From NCBI GenBank assembly GCA_964566495.1, contig CAZMIT010000004.1:1-42031 (forward strand): 42,031 nt of DNA, written 5' to 3'. The stretch comes from an uncultured bacterium. GTDB taxonomy: Bacteria > T1Sed10-126. Under the pieces are notes generated by a model, which was given only the letters and a program-made list of their open reading frames with translations, did not search any database and was not told the origin of the DNA. The position numbers and the translations under genes were made by a program. Below, piece after piece: positions 28,616-39,034 of this stretch. Position 1 is the stretch's first letter; each line of letters starts with the position of its first letter.

Positions 28616-30988
28616 ATGCGTATACTAACCGACTGGCTGGCTGAGTTTGTTGAGCTTCCCACTAAAACTGAGGAGCTGGCGAACCGGCTGACTGACATTG
28701 GTCTGGAAGTTGACTCAATACTTAACCTGGACCAACTTAATCAAGGGGTTGTAAGCGCCCGTGTGGAGGAAATTTCTCCCCACCCCGACCGCGACGACCT
28801 TAAAATCTGCCAGGTTACTGACGGGAGTGCAAGTAACCAGGTTGTCACTGCGGCGCCGCGTGTGCAATCAGGACAGACTTATCTCTGGGCACCGCCCGGC
28901 AGTATATTAAACGGCGACCGGGTCGAAGCAATTAAATTCGCCGGTCTCAACTCTGAGGGATTGCTCTGTTCCTCCCGCGAACTTGGTTTGACCGCTGAGG
29001 CTCAGACTTTGCTCACCCTGCCCGGACGGGTTGAACCAGGTGAACCGGCAGCCCAAATACTTGACCTGGAAGCCCCGGTTTTTGAGCTTGATTTAACTCC
29101 CAACCGCAGCGATTGCCTTTCTCACCTCGGTGTCGCCCGTGACTTTGCTGCCGCTGAGAATTTACCGTTAAATGATCCCCGCCCGGATAAACTGCCTGCC
29201 GGCGTTGAAGATAGCGCTTTTGAGATTGAGATTGAGGAACCCGAGGCCTGCTGGAGTTATACTGCTGTTCCTATAGTCGGGGTAAACGTGACAGAATCTT
29301 CCTTTGAAATTCAAAAAAGAATACTCAAAATGGGACTGCGTCCCCTCAACAACATAGTCGATATAACAAACTACACCCTGTTTGAGGTTGGTCATCCGCT
29401 ACACCCGTTTGACGCTGACCAGATTCAATCACCGGTTGTTGTTCGCTACGCTCGCCGCCGGGAGAAGCTTGTCACTCTTGACGATGAAGAACGTAACTTG
29501 ACACCGGAAGACCTGGTTATAGCTGATCGTCGCCGTCCCCAGGCGCTGGCCGGCATCATGGGCGGCGCGCGCAGTCAGGTGCGTGAGACAACGGATCGGG
29601 TTCTGCTGGAAGGGGCTTACTTTGAGCCCACCGGGATACGCTCCAGCGCCCAGGCACACAAGCTTTCTACCGAGGCCTCACATCGTTTTGAGCGCGGAGT
29701 TGATCCAAAAAACTACGACCGCTGTCTGGCTCGCTGCTTGCAGCTGTTTGAACAGGATCCCGCTCAGGACACAGATCAAATGCAAATTAACAAACCGGCC
29801 TCCTGCCGTGTAAAAGAGACTCCGTCAGTTCGTATTTCGTACGATCCTCAGTTGTTTGAACAAATTATTGGCTATGAAGTGGGGCCGGATAAAACTTCAG
29901 AACAGCTGCAAAAGCTTGGTCTTACCGTCGAACAAACCGCTGAAAAGTGGCAGGTGAATGTTCCGGCCTGGCGTTCGGATTTGCGTCGCGCTGAAGATCT
30001 GGTAGAAGAAGTTGTTCGTTTGCAGGGCTACGAACAAATCCCCGTGACTTATCCGCACCTTGATTCAAAAAGGACGCCGGAGCACGAGGTGAGGCTGCAA
30101 GCTAAGACTCGTAATTTTCTTGCTCACCGGGGATTCAATGAAAACATAAACTTTAGCTTCCTGGGCCCGGACGAACACCATTTTGCGGAGCTGCCCGGTG
30201 AGGAAAGTCTGCAGCTCGCTAACCCTCTTGCCGTGACACAAAAAACTATGCGTCAGACCCTTCTCGATACACTGGTTACCAGTTTTGAAAACAATTTTGC
30301 AGCCGGTAATGAGGAACTTTCACTTTTTGAAATCGGTCGTGTTTTCCCCGGGCACAGAGAAGGGGAGTCCTTACACCTGGCTTTACTCACTCATGCCCAT
30401 ATTTATGAAAATCATTGGGACGACAGCAATCGATACCAGGATTTTTTCGATGTTAAAGGATTACTGAAACAGTTGTTTGAACGTTTACGTCTGCCCCCTT
30501 TTCAACTAAATACGGCCCAAGTGCCCGGTTTTACCGACGAGCAGTCAACAATAATTATGAGCGTCGACAGGCAAGTGGGAAGACTTGGCCGGATATCTGA
30601 GGATTTTCTTGAACACGACTACCCCGGGCCTGTCTTTGCGGCTGAACTGAATCTCGACGCCTTACCGGAACTACAACAGCCTCGCCACTACTCGGGTTTT
30701 TCCACCCAGCCGCCGGTCAAGCGAGACCTCGATCTTGTGGTTGATCTGGACCAGCAGGTGGAACCGCTCAAAAATACTATCAGGGAGAGCGCTGACTGGC
30801 TGGAGGAGATCAACCTGTTTGACCTCTATCGGGGCGAGCCGCTGCCCGCCGACAAAAAAAGCGTAAGCTTCCGGCTCTTGTTTCGGGCCGCCGACCGTTC
30901 TCTGAAGGACGACGAAGTTAATGAAGTACAGGACAAGATCCTATCGGCCCTGAACCAACAATATAACGCACAGCTACGCGATGAGTAG
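28616..30988 (+). CDS. pheT: Phenylalanine--tRNA ligase beta subunit
   Basis: LTPNRSDCLS..GVARD, NNIVDITNY, ALAGIMGG, RFERGVD, DLVEEV.R..GY, C-terminal FDX-ACB domain. Confidence 0.97.
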   Translation: MRILTDWLAEFVELPTKTEELANRLTDIGLEVDSILNLDQLNQGVVSARVEEISPHPDRDDLKICQVTDGSASNQVVTAAPRVQSGQTYLWAPPGSILNGDRVEAIKFAGLNSEGLLCSSRELGLTAEAQTLLTLPGRVEPGEPAAQILDLEAPVFELDLTPNRSDCLSHLGVARDFAAAENLPLNDPRPDKLPAGVEDSAFEIEIEEPEACWSYTAVPIVGVNVTESSFEIQKRILKMGLRPLNNIVDITNYTLFEVGHPLHPFDADQIQSPVVVRYARRREKLVTLDDEERNLTPEDLVIADRRRPQALAGIMGGARSQVRETTDRVLLEGAYFEPTGIRSSAQAHKLSTEASHRFERGVDPKNYDRCLARCLQLFEQDPAQDTDQMQINKPASCRVKETPSVRISYDPQLFEQIIGYEVGPDKTSEQLQKLGLTVEQTAEKWQVNVPAWRSDLRRAEDLVEEVVRLQGYEQIPVTYPHLDSKRTPEHEVRLQAKTRNFLAHRGFNENINFSFLGPDEHHFAELPGEESLQLANPLAVTQKTMRQTLLDTLVTSFENNFAAGNEELSLFEIGRVFPGHREGESLHLALLTHAHIYENHWDDSNRYQDFFDVKGLLKQLFERLRLPPFQLNTAQVPGFTDEQSTIIMSVDRQVGRLGRISEDFLEHDYPGPVFAAELNLDALPELQQPRHYSGFSTQPPVKRDLDLVVDLDQQVEPLKNTIRESADWLEEINLFDLYRGEPLPADKKSVSFRLLFRAADRSLKDDEVNEVQDKILSALNQQYNAQLRDE

Positions 30989-31253
30989 CAGGAGTCATTA
31001 CTACGAGGAGCTGTTCAACAAACATCTTGACGGGGTCGAGAATCTCTTGATTAAATTTGAACAGACTCGCAAAGAAGCTCAGCAACTTCGGGAAAAAAAC
31101 AGGCAGCTAACAGCGGAACTGTCTGACTGTCAATCGGAGCTAAAATCGCTTAAAAATAAACTGGAACAACAAACCACGGCTACCGTCGAGTTAACCGGTG
31201 ACCTGGAAAAGAAATTTAAGCGCATTATGGATCTGGCCGAAAAGGCAAGCTAA
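30981..31253 (+). CDS. Coiled-coil protein, ZapB-like
   Basis: Heptad coiled coil; conserved position between pheT and zapA. Confidence 0.6.
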   Translation: MSSRSHYYEELFNKHLDGVENLLIKFEQTRKEAQQLREKNRQLTAELSDCQSELKSLKNKLEQQTTATVELTGDLEKKFKRIMDLAEKAS

Positions 31254-31262
31254 GTGATTAAT

Positions 31263-31550
31263 ATGTCTGACTCAGTAGAATTACTCGGCGTCGATATACC
31301 CGTGAAGACGGGAGAAAATCCGGAACTAATTGATCGCTCGCTTGAGTTGGTAGAAGAAAAAATTGAGTCGATTGAGACTAAAGCCCCGCAGGCCAGTCGT
31401 CTGCAGGTAGCCCTGCTCACTGCTCTTAATCTGGCTGGAGAACTAACCGCTGCCCAGATTGAAGACCAGCCGGAAGGGCTCAGCGACGAACTTTTGAACC
31501 GTTTTGAGCAGGTGCAACAAAAATTGAACTCCCTTGAGGAGGATAATTAG
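31263..31550 (+). CDS. zapA: Cell division protein ZapA
   Basis: VELLG....V..........LVEEKI..I........QVALLTALNLA.EL; synteny with pheT. Confidence 0.8.
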   Translation: MSDSVELLGVDIPVKTGENPELIDRSLELVEEKIESIETKAPQASRLQVALLTALNLAGELTAAQIEDQPEGLSDELLNRFEQVQQKLNSLEEDN

Positions 31551-32233
31551 TGTCTTTACCACGTCCCTTCCGTCCTCCAAGAAAAGACAATTTGCAGGCG
31601 GAGATTGATGATTCAAAAAAACCTGATCTCATCTATTTCATTGAGCCTGACTCCAATCTCTGCCAGTTGATTGAACCGGCGGTTTCAAAAGTCTGCCAGA
31701 ATTACATTAATATTTTTAACTTTATTGCCGCTCGAATTCGTGATCATCGCGACTATTTTTACCAGTGGGGTGTTAAAAGCTGTCCCGCTTTTATCATCTT
31801 CCGCAACGGCAACGAGCTGCGTCGTCTGGTCGATTTTCATTACACCGATGAATTTAAGGCTTTGTTTAAAAATTTTCTTGTCGGGAGGTTTCTCTTCGAA
31901 ACGGCCAAATTTGAACTGGTTGATTCGGTTTCCTTTCCCCACATCATCAATACTGGCAACTACTACCACCTGGTAGCTTTTATGAACCCCGCTGAACCGA
32001 CAAACTGGCAGGTGAGTCCGGCCTTAAAAAAAATAAAATCACGGGCCAGTAGCCAGGTCCGGCTATCTCTGGTTAATTCTTACAAAAATCCCAACCTTGT
32101 TAAAAAACAGGGAATATCAAAATTTCCCACCGTCCTGCTTTTCCAGGAGGGCGCCTGCCTAAAACGCTGGGATGATTTTCGCAGCATAACAAAATTTGTT
32201 CGTGAGTGTGTGAGTAAAATACGTGGCAACTGA
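31550..32233 (+). CDS. Tandem thioredoxin-fold protein lacking CxxC
   Basis: Two repeats ending WGVKSCPAFIIFRNG and QGISKFPTVLLFQEG (cis-Pro motif); active-site positions read SNLC and EPTN. Confidence 0.65.
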   Translation: MSLPRPFRPPRKDNLQAEIDDSKKPDLIYFIEPDSNLCQLIEPAVSKVCQNYINIFNFIAARIRDHRDYFYQWGVKSCPAFIIFRNGNELRRLVDFHYTDEFKALFKNFLVGRFLFETAKFELVDSVSFPHIINTGNYYHLVAFMNPAEPTNWQVSPALKKIKSRASSQVRLSLVNSYKNPNLVKKQGISKFPTVLLFQEGACLKRWDDFRSITKFVRECVSKIRGN

Positions 32234-33530
32234 GCAGGGGGACAGTCTCTTTGCGGAACAGAAAGCCGGAGAAGAGGAGCCGGAGTCGCAACCCCTGCCC
32301 CTTCGCCTTGCCCCCCGGAACCTTTCGGAGTTTGTGGGCCAGGAGGAGGCCATAGGTAAAAACACGCCACTGCGAAGAGCGCTCGAAGCCGATCGCCTCA
32401 GTAGCCTTATTCTTCACGGTCCGCCTGGGGTCGGTAAAACGGCACTCGCTAATATCGTTGCCCGCCGCACTGAGGCGGCCTTTGAGCGCTTGAACGCCGT
32501 TCTCGCCGGCAAGGATGACCTGCGGGCGGTCATTAAACGGGCTCGCCAGCGCCAGACGGCTCAATCAAAAAGAACTATTCTCTTTTTTGATGAAATCCAT
32601 CGTTTCAATAAGGCACAGCAGGACGCCCTACTGCCCTCAGTAGAAAAAAGAATCCTTATTCTCATCGGAGCTACCACTCAGAACCCTTACTACTACCTGA
32701 ACAACGCCCTCATCTCTCGTTCCCTGCTGGTCGAATTCCAGGAATTAAGTAAAGACAACCTGCGTTGCCTCTTAAATCGGGCGCTGGAAGGGGAACGTGG
32801 TTATAACGGCACGGTTGAACTTACGGCGGAAGCTGAGGAGTATATTCTCGATGTCGCCGGAGGGGACGCCCGCCGCCTGCTTCAGGGGTTGGAGATTGCA
32901 GTTCTGACCGCGGAGCAAGAGACTATCAGTCGTGACCACCTGGAGGGAGTTTATCAGCAGAAATATGTCGACTATGACCGTGCGGCGGACCATCACTACG
33001 ACGTCGCCTCGGCCTTTATCAAAAGCATCCGCGGCTCCGATCCCGACGCTGCGATCTACTACCTGGCCCGCATGCTGGAAGCTGGCGAGGACCCACGGTT
33101 TATCGGCCGTCGACTTATAATTGCCGCCGCCGAGGACATCGGTAACGCCGCCCCTTACGCCCTGACTCTGGCAGTATCTGCGATGCAAGCTGTTGAAACT
33201 GTCGGGCTGCCCGAGGCTCAAATTCCGCTCGCTCAGGCAACTACCTACCTGGCCGCATCACCTAAAAGTAACGCCAGCTACGAGGCAATCAAGCAGGCCC
33301 GTCAGAAAATTCAAAATGGACTTGACCTGCCGGTTCCCCCACACCTGCGGGACAGCAGTTACGGAAGCGAGAAAGATAAACAGGCCAGTGGCGATTATCT
33401 TTATCCCCATAATTATCCGGAAGGTTACGTGGAACAGGATTACCTGACTGAAACCCAGCAGTTTTACAATCCCACCACCCACGGCCAGGAGGCCCGGCTC
33501 AAGAAATTCCTCGATGAATTGGATGAATAG
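32223..33530 (+). CDS. rarA: Replication-associated recombination protein A (AAA+)
   Basis: [57 protein letters not shown]. Confidence 0.96.
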   Translation: MATEQGDSLFAEQKAGEEEPESQPLPLRLAPRNLSEFVGQEEAIGKNTPLRRALEADRLSSLILHGPPGVGKTALANIVARRTEAAFERLNAVLAGKDDLRAVIKRARQRQTAQSKRTILFFDEIHRFNKAQQDALLPSVEKRILILIGATTQNPYYYLNNALISRSLLVEFQELSKDNLRCLLNRALEGERGYNGTVELTAEAEEYILDVAGGDARRLLQGLEIAVLTAEQETISRDHLEGVYQQKYVDYDRAADHHYDVASAFIKSIRGSDPDAAIYYLARMLEAGEDPRFIGRRLIIAAAEDIGNAAPYALTLAVSAMQAVETVGLPEAQIPLAQATTYLAASPKSNASYEAIKQARQKIQNGLDLPVPPHLRDSSYGSEKDKQASGDYLYPHNYPEGYVEQDYLTETQQFYNPTTHGQEARLKKFLDELDE

Positions 33531-33540
33531 CAGGGCGGGA

Positions 33541-34632
33541 TTATAAAAAGTTGTCGTAGTATTCGAGCAAGCGGTCAATCGTTTTTTGCCAGCTGTATTT
33601 TTTCGCATGCTTGACGAGTTTCTCATTGGGGGCGGTTTCATCAGTTGAGCTCACCAGAGCCTCTACCAGCTCCTCCTCGAAACAACTGTCTTCTAACTTA
33701 ATCGCTTGTCCGTTCACAATTTCTTTGACCGATCCAATAGCTCTAACTACCGGACGGGTGCCGCAGGCCATTGCTTCCAGCACCGGGAAACCAAAGCCTT
33801 CGTAGCGTGAAGGAAAAATTAATCCGCTGGCGCCACTATAAAGTCCGGCTAATTCGTTGTCGTCGACGTAGCCCGGGAAAACAAGCTGACCGTGGCGTCC
33901 TAACCATTCCTTTCTTAACTGGCGCGAATACTCTCCATTTTTCCCTACCACAGCCAGCGAAACATCCTGCAGCTTGTCAGCATCCCACCGTTTTACAACC
34001 GACTCCAGGTTCTTTCTCGGGTCATATTTGCTCAGGTCGGCAACCATTATGAAGTAGGGGCGACGTAGTTGAAATTTCTGACAGAGCTCTTTAATTTCCG
34101 CTTCCGGCCGGGGATAGAACCTCTCTTTGTCGATCCCGTGTGGTATCGGTTGTATCCTGTCTTCGCTTATCGCAAACATCATCGCCAGGTCTTCGGCGGT
34201 GCTGCGCGAAGGGGTTATTATTCCGGCCGATGATTTTATTTGCCTTTTCATCCGCCAGTAAAGATATTGCACGAAAAGATTCGGCTGGTAACGTTCACGA
34301 TAAATATATGGGATAAGATCATGGACCAGGGTTACCACCGGAGCCGCACAGAAAGGGGGCACCTTCATCGGGTCTATTATCTGAAGCAGATCGGTCTGCT
34401 GCCCCCGATAACTCCAGGCCAGTCGCCAGCGGTCCCATAGCCGGTCCTTCCACTGTTCTTCATTATTCGCAGTAGAACTGGGGAACTCTGCGGTGCTGTA
34501 GGGAGCTACCTCAATTTGTGACCGGCGGCTCAACTCTTCAAAATAGGCCTGGGCGACACGTCCAAAACCACGCGTTCGGTGAGCAGTATGTAGAGTCGTC
34601 AACTCCAGACCAAGCTTAATTTTATTAGCCAA
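33541..34632 (-). CDS. Glycosyltransferase family 4 (GT-B)
   Basis: VHDLIP, PRKNL, FPSRYEGFGFPVLEAMACG. Confidence 0.92.
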   Translation of the reverse strand: MANKIKLGLELTTLHTAHRTRGFGRVAQAYFEELSRRSQIEVAPYSTAEFPSSTANNEEQWKDRLWDRWRLAWSYRGQQTDLLQIIDPMKVPPFCAAPVVTLVHDLIPYIYRERYQPNLFVQYLYWRMKRQIKSSAGIITPSRSTAEDLAMMFAISEDRIQPIPHGIDKERFYPRPEAEIKELCQKFQLRRPYFIMVADLSKYDPRKNLESVVKRWDADKLQDVSLAVVGKNGEYSRQLRKEWLGRHGQLVFPGYVDDNELAGLYSGASGLIFPSRYEGFGFPVLEAMACGTRPVVRAIGSVKEIVNGQAIKLEDSCFEEELVEALVSSTDETAPNEKLVKHAKKYSWQKTIDRLLEYYDNFL

Positions 34633-34653
34633 AATTATCCATCCTTCATCAGA

Positions 34654-35532
34654 TTACTGGATATCCAGGCGACCGCCGGCGCGCCGACTTGCTCGTTTGA
34701 GTGGCTGTAGAAGATCGCTGTTCACGCGTAAATCACCCAGTTGAACCTCTGGCTTTACACTGCCGTGAAAATCACTGCCACCGGTAATGATTAAATCATG
34801 TTCCCGGGCCAGCTGCCAGTAACGGGAACTATCCTCTTCTTTGTTATCGGAATAGAAGACCTCAAATCCCTCAATTCCTAGGCTAATTAACCGGTCAAGA
34901 TTGGGCTCGCTGCCGTAAAGAACCGGGTGGGCAAGCACCGCGACGCCACCAGCCTCTTTTATCAAGCGAATCGCTTCGTTAACCCCCATCCGTTCCTTGG
35001 GGACTGCGTCCAGTGGCCGTCCGTGGGCCAGATACTGATTAAAAGCTTCGTCGGGCGAATTAACCACTCCCCTGTCAACCAGCGTCTGTGCCACGTGTGG
35101 TTTCCCGATCAGACTCTTGCCCGCCCGTCGAGCAACTTCTTCAAACGAAATATTAATTCCAACTTCTTCTCTTAAAACCTCGAGCATACCACGAACACGC
35201 TCGGCCCTCGCTTGCTCAAAATATTCCAGCCGTTTCCGCAGTCGTGGTCGGGTCCAGTCTATATAATAACCAAGTATATGAAAACGGTTCTCGCCGCTCT
35301 GGCAGCTTATTTCTACTCCGGGCACTGGGGTTAAGTTGAGCTTACGTCCGGCTGTCATGAACTCATCCAGCCCGGCGACGGTGTCGTGGTCCGTAAGAGC
35401 AAGCACCTCAAGCTCCGCCTTCTCTGCCCGAGCAACAAGCTCAGCTGGTCTTAACTGTCCGTCAGAGGCAAAAGAGTGGCTGTGCAAATCCATCCCACCC
35501 TGCCTAACAAGTGCCGCCTCATAATTTAGCAT
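34654..35532 (-). CDS. PHP-domain phosphoesterase (TrpH/YciV family)
   Basis: DLHSHS.ASDG, ALTDHDT, GVEIS, HILGY, LAHP, TGGSDFHG; ATG 35532 overlaps the folE2 stop (TAATG). Confidence 0.92.
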   Translation of the reverse strand: MLNYEAALVRQGGMDLHSHSFASDGQLRPAELVARAEKAELEVLALTDHDTVAGLDEFMTAGRKLNLTPVPGVEISCQSGENRFHILGYYIDWTRPRLRKRLEYFEQARAERVRGMLEVLREEVGINISFEEVARRAGKSLIGKPHVAQTLVDRGVVNSPDEAFNQYLAHGRPLDAVPKERMGVNEAIRLIKEAGGVAVLAHPVLYGSEPNLDRLISLGIEGFEVFYSDNKEEDSSRYWQLAREHDLIITGGSDFHGSVKPEVQLGDLRVNSDLLQPLKRASRRAGGRLDIQ

Positions 35533-36356
35533 TAAAACTCCTCCAGGCGGTTCCAAAAGTTTCCCTGGCGGTTGGAGGCATAAGCGTTGTGGTTGTGTAT
35601 TGACTCGTAGCTGACACACTCAACTACAAAGTCGTTAATCTGCTCATGTGCTTTAAAACTGGCACTCAAGTCGCGCACTATATCCTCCACAAATTTGGGG
35701 TTTTCATAGGCTTCATTGGTCAGATAGGCCTCGTCCTCGCGTTTTAATAGCGAGTAGACCTGGCTGCTACCCTCGGCCTCAACCAGCTCTATCATCTCTT
35801 CCAGCCAGACCAGACCGTCAATAACCGCCTTGCTTTTTACACGGGCTCTTTGGTTGTGCGCTCCCCCCTCGCTGTTTGATTTACTGCAGGGACATAACGA
35901 GGTGATCGGGACTTCGGTTCGGATCCAGATAGTAACTTCGTCATCAACCAGCAGTCCGCCGAAACCGCAGTTGAAATCGACAAGCGCCGCTTTTTCCGAA
36001 AGCGGTGAATCTTTTGGTATAAAATAATCGAAATCAAAACGAGCGTAGGCATTCGTTGAACCTAATCGGTCCCGCATGGCACGTAGAAACTCGTCTACCG
36101 AGTGCAGGGTAAAGCGGGAACGCCTGTATTCTTCGGCCAGCTCTACGAACCGGCTCAGGTGCGCGCCCCGCTGCTTTTCAGTAAGGTTGACTCCAAAATT
36201 TACCGTCGCCACCACAGGCTGGGTTTCGTTTGCTCGATCGGCAACCAGTAGCGGTAATTTGAAGTCTCTAATTCCAACCCGCCGCAGCTCTTCCTTACGC
36301 TCCGCCGGACTGTCCTGAACGTCCTGCAATCTCTCTTTGTCTACCAAATTATTCAC
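35532..36356 (-). CDS. folE2: GTP cyclohydrolase IB (FolE2)
   Basis: DVQ, RG.HLSRF, TSLCPCSK, AHNQR, LLKREDE, NPKFVED.VR, ESIHNHNA. Confidence 0.95.
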   Translation of the reverse strand: MNNLVDKERLQDVQDSPAERKEELRRVGIRDFKLPLLVADRANETQPVVATVNFGVNLTEKQRGAHLSRFVELAEEYRRSRFTLHSVDEFLRAMRDRLGSTNAYARFDFDYFIPKDSPLSEKAALVDFNCGFGGLLVDDEVTIWIRTEVPITSLCPCSKSNSEGGAHNQRARVKSKAVIDGLVWLEEMIELVEAEGSSQVYSLLKREDEAYLTNEAYENPKFVEDIVRDLSASFKAHEQINDFVVECVSYESIHNHNAYASNRQGNFWNRLEEF

Positions 36357-36490
36357 TCCTGAAAATTATCAGTTATTTTTTTTTATTGCGGATCGTGGTT
36401 GGCAATGAAAAACATTAGATCAAGACCGTAAAAATCGATCCCGGCCGTCGGTCGCAATGATTAACCAGTCGGAAAATTTGTTGTCGTCAT

Positions 36491-36591
36491 CAGAACCTAC
36501 CAGAGCTTCTTCCCGGGGGGAAGAAATTATAGAACCTATTAGCCCGGTCTATTCATGAAGTCTCGTGAATATCCGGGTTAGGTAGGTTCTG
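36491..36591. mobile_element. 101-bp MITE with perfect 11-bp TIRs and perfect 9-bp TSD
   Basis: TGTCGTCAT|CAGAACCTACC...GGTAGGTTCTG|TGTCGTCAT (TSD at 36482-36490 and 36592-36600). Confidence 0.85.
36543..36577. mobile_element. Nested 35-bp palindromic mini-element with TTAG TSD
   Basis: TTAG|CCCGGTCTATTCATGAAGTCTCGTGAATATCCGGG|TTAG. Confidence 0.7.
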
Positions 36592-36688
36592 TGTCGTCAT
36601 AAAGTGGGCTTTATTATACAATGTAACAGGCAAAACTACGAATTTTTTCCAAGCAAATTTAGCTTATCTTAATAAAAGAGGATCAGCC

Positions 36689-37576
36689 GTGGACCAACAA
36701 ACTGACAAATCGTCGACTAACTTCGATCATAATTACCGTAAGCTTCCGGCCTCTTTTCTGAGCCGGATTATCACGGCCTGCTCCAGTCCCAACCTTTACG
36801 TTTTCCCCCTCTCTGAAGGCACCAGGTCCACTATCGCCTATCTGTTCAAGCTCCTGCTCATCATAGCTGCTATCCAGGTGCTAACCGGCAGTTATTTTGT
36901 CTGGACAATCAGCGGCACCGTGGGAGAAAACTTAATTAATCAGTGGCCGGAGGTTCACTTCCAAAACGGTGATCTCCGGCTTCAAAATCAAACTCCCTAC
37001 CGGCTGGATATCTACCAGGACTTTCAAATAATTATTGATCCGGAAGGTAATGTTAATCGGGCTCGGCTTGAGGATAATGTGCTTGCTGTTGCGGTTAACG
37101 GCAGACTATTTGCCCGCTCTGGGCCGGGAGAATTCATGGATTTTTCAACCCGTTATTACGAAGATACTGGTGCCGCTCCTGAAATGCTCATCGACGCCAA
37201 TTTCATCAGCGATTGGCTCCCTTACTTCCGGGTTTCTCTTCTCTTTACCCTGGGCGGCTTAACCCTGCTCGAGCTTCTGCTAAGCTCATTGCTGAGAATA
37301 GTTTTGATCAGTAGTGGTGGCCTTGTCGCCCGTAACAATGAGACGGCCCGGCTCGGCTGGGGGCAGATTCTGCTTGTCTCCTGTTATGCGGTTACTCCCG
37401 TGCTTATTATCCAGACTGTGCTCTTCCCCTTGCGCTTTACTGGAATTATTATTCCTTATGCAGAGTTTATTACCCTGCTGGCAGGAATTATTTGGGTCTT
37501 TTTTACTATTTCCCGGTTTCAGAAAAGAGCCAGAAAGAGGGAGCCCGGGATTGAGCCGCATCGACCCGAGGAATAA
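36689..37576 (+). CDS. Integral membrane protein (DUF1189-like)
   Basis: N-terminal TM segment, P.VHFQNG.L extracytoplasmic loop, three C-terminal TM segments with YAVTP; SD GAGG. Confidence 0.65.
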   Translation: MDQQTDKSSTNFDHNYRKLPASFLSRIITACSSPNLYVFPLSEGTRSTIAYLFKLLLIIAAIQVLTGSYFVWTISGTVGENLINQWPEVHFQNGDLRLQNQTPYRLDIYQDFQIIIDPEGNVNRARLEDNVLAVAVNGRLFARSGPGEFMDFSTRYYEDTGAAPEMLIDANFISDWLPYFRVSLLFTLGGLTLLELLLSSLLRIVLISSGGLVARNNETARLGWGQILLVSCYAVTPVLIIQTVLFPLRFTGIIIPYAEFITLLAGIIWVFFTISRFQKRARKREPGIEPHRPEE

Positions 37577-37612
37577 AGAAATTGAATTTTCTAATTAAAA
37601 AGGTGGCCCCTG

Positions 37613-38719
37613 ATGTTTTACCGTCTCTGGACAATTTTTCTCGCTCTGACTGCCATTTTTCTGACTGGTGTTACCTCTAACTTGGCCGCTGCTGAGAGCG
37701 ACTGGCAGACTCAACGGCAGGTGCTCGAATACGTCGTTGAGTGTAACGATGAGGAAACGGACTGTCGGCTCATTAACACGGGCGAAGCCGGCGAACGGCG
37801 ACAGCTTGTTAAGCGGGGGAGTCTCGAGCAACTGGAAGAGACACTGGTCGATCTACTTCAAACGCAATATGGTGAAGGTTATCCTAACCTGCCAATCTGG
37901 ACCCTGGGAGGCGATCAGTTCTGGGCCGATATATTCGTCTATCACGGCTGGCGAATTCAGCAGAATGTTTTTACCGGGCACCACCGGCTGCTGGATGCGG
38001 AGGATTTACGGCGCGCCTGGGGGAGCTATGAGGCCTGCCAGGCTGCTTTTCAATCGTTTCGCCAGGAGCTGGAACTGAAACCGGAAAGCAATCACTGGGT
38101 TTTTTTACTGCATGGCCTGTTTCGCGGTAAGGACAGCGTTGAACCGCTGCGCTCTGATCTGGCTGAAGCTGGATATGAGGCCCAGACTGTCAATTACCCC
38201 AGCACAAGGAGATCGATTGACGAGCACGCTGAACAGCTGGCCACCGTAATAAAACGAGCCGACGAGGCTGACACCGTCTCTTTTGTTACTCAGAGTCTGG
38301 GGGGCATAGTTGTCCGCCGGCTATTTGCAGAAACGGAGTGGCGGGAAGACGTTAATCTCGGTCGGATTGTTATGGTCGCCCCACCAAATCGTGGCTCCCA
38401 GGTGGCTGAGGCCCTAAAGGATTTTTTCCCTTTCCAGGTTCTTGCCGGGGAAAGTGGAGAAAAATTAACGGAAAAAAAGGTTAGTCAGCTTCCTATTCCA
38501 GACGTTGAGATTGGAATTATTGCCGGTCAACTTGGTGATGAACAGGGGTGGAATCCGCTGATCACCGGTCGGGGAGACGGAACTATTAGCGTCGCTACCA
38601 CGCGTTTGGAGAATGCTCAAGATTTTCTTGTAGTCAAGGGGATGCATAGCTTTCTTCCCGGGCTGAGAGAGGTGAGGAAAGCAACTGTTCAGTTTTTAAA
38701 AGAAGGCCACTTCCCTTAA
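37613..38719 (+). CDS. Secreted alpha/beta-fold hydrolase (lipase/esterase-like)
   Basis: Signal peptide; LLHGL, TQSLGG nucleophile elbow, APPNRGS, GDG..S, MHSF. Confidence 0.85.
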   Translation: MFYRLWTIFLALTAIFLTGVTSNLAAAESDWQTQRQVLEYVVECNDEETDCRLINTGEAGERRQLVKRGSLEQLEETLVDLLQTQYGEGYPNLPIWTLGGDQFWADIFVYHGWRIQQNVFTGHHRLLDAEDLRRAWGSYEACQAAFQSFRQELELKPESNHWVFLLHGLFRGKDSVEPLRSDLAEAGYEAQTVNYPSTRRSIDEHAEQLATVIKRADEADTVSFVTQSLGGIVVRRLFAETEWREDVNLGRIVMVAPPNRGSQVAEALKDFFPFQVLAGESGEKLTEKKVSQLPIPDVEIGIIAGQLGDEQGWNPLITGRGDGTISVATTRLENAQDFLVVKGMHSFLPGLREVRKATVQFLKEGHFP

Positions 38720-39003
38720 AATAATTTTTTCAGAAGCTCTTCTGCCTCGTCTTCCGACTGTACACCGTTAACCACAACTTCTCCGTCGGCGTGCAGGTGC
38801 ATGGTCGAGTCTTTTTCAACAATTACCAACGCTTCTAATTGTTCCATTTCAACTATCTGCGAGAAGGTTGACGCGGCTCGTTCCTTTAGCTCCCCCAGGT
38901 CGGGCTCATAATCCAACTGTCCTCGCACTGTGTAGGTGTCGTCTTCGGCGCAGTATTCATATATTGAAAGATCGATATCCAACTCTTTTTTTTCTTCACT
39001 CAT
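38716..39003 (-). CDS. Small acidic hypothetical protein
   Basis: 95-aa ORF with SD GGAG, directly downstream of pyrF. Confidence 0.65.
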   Translation of the reverse strand: MSEEKKELDIDLSIYEYCAEDDTYTVRGQLDYEPDLGELKERAASTFSQIVEMEQLEALVIVEKDSTMHLHADGEVVVNGVQSEDEAEELLKKLF

Positions 39004-39034
39004 TTTACTCCGCCTTATACTCTATCTGTCGCTC

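Noticed and set aside
36365..36410. preQ1-I or ZTP riboswitch upstream of folE2
   Set aside because: A 5-bp stem with an A-rich tail exists on the minus strand, but the loop lacks the conserved preQ1 nucleotides and no ZTP core is visible.
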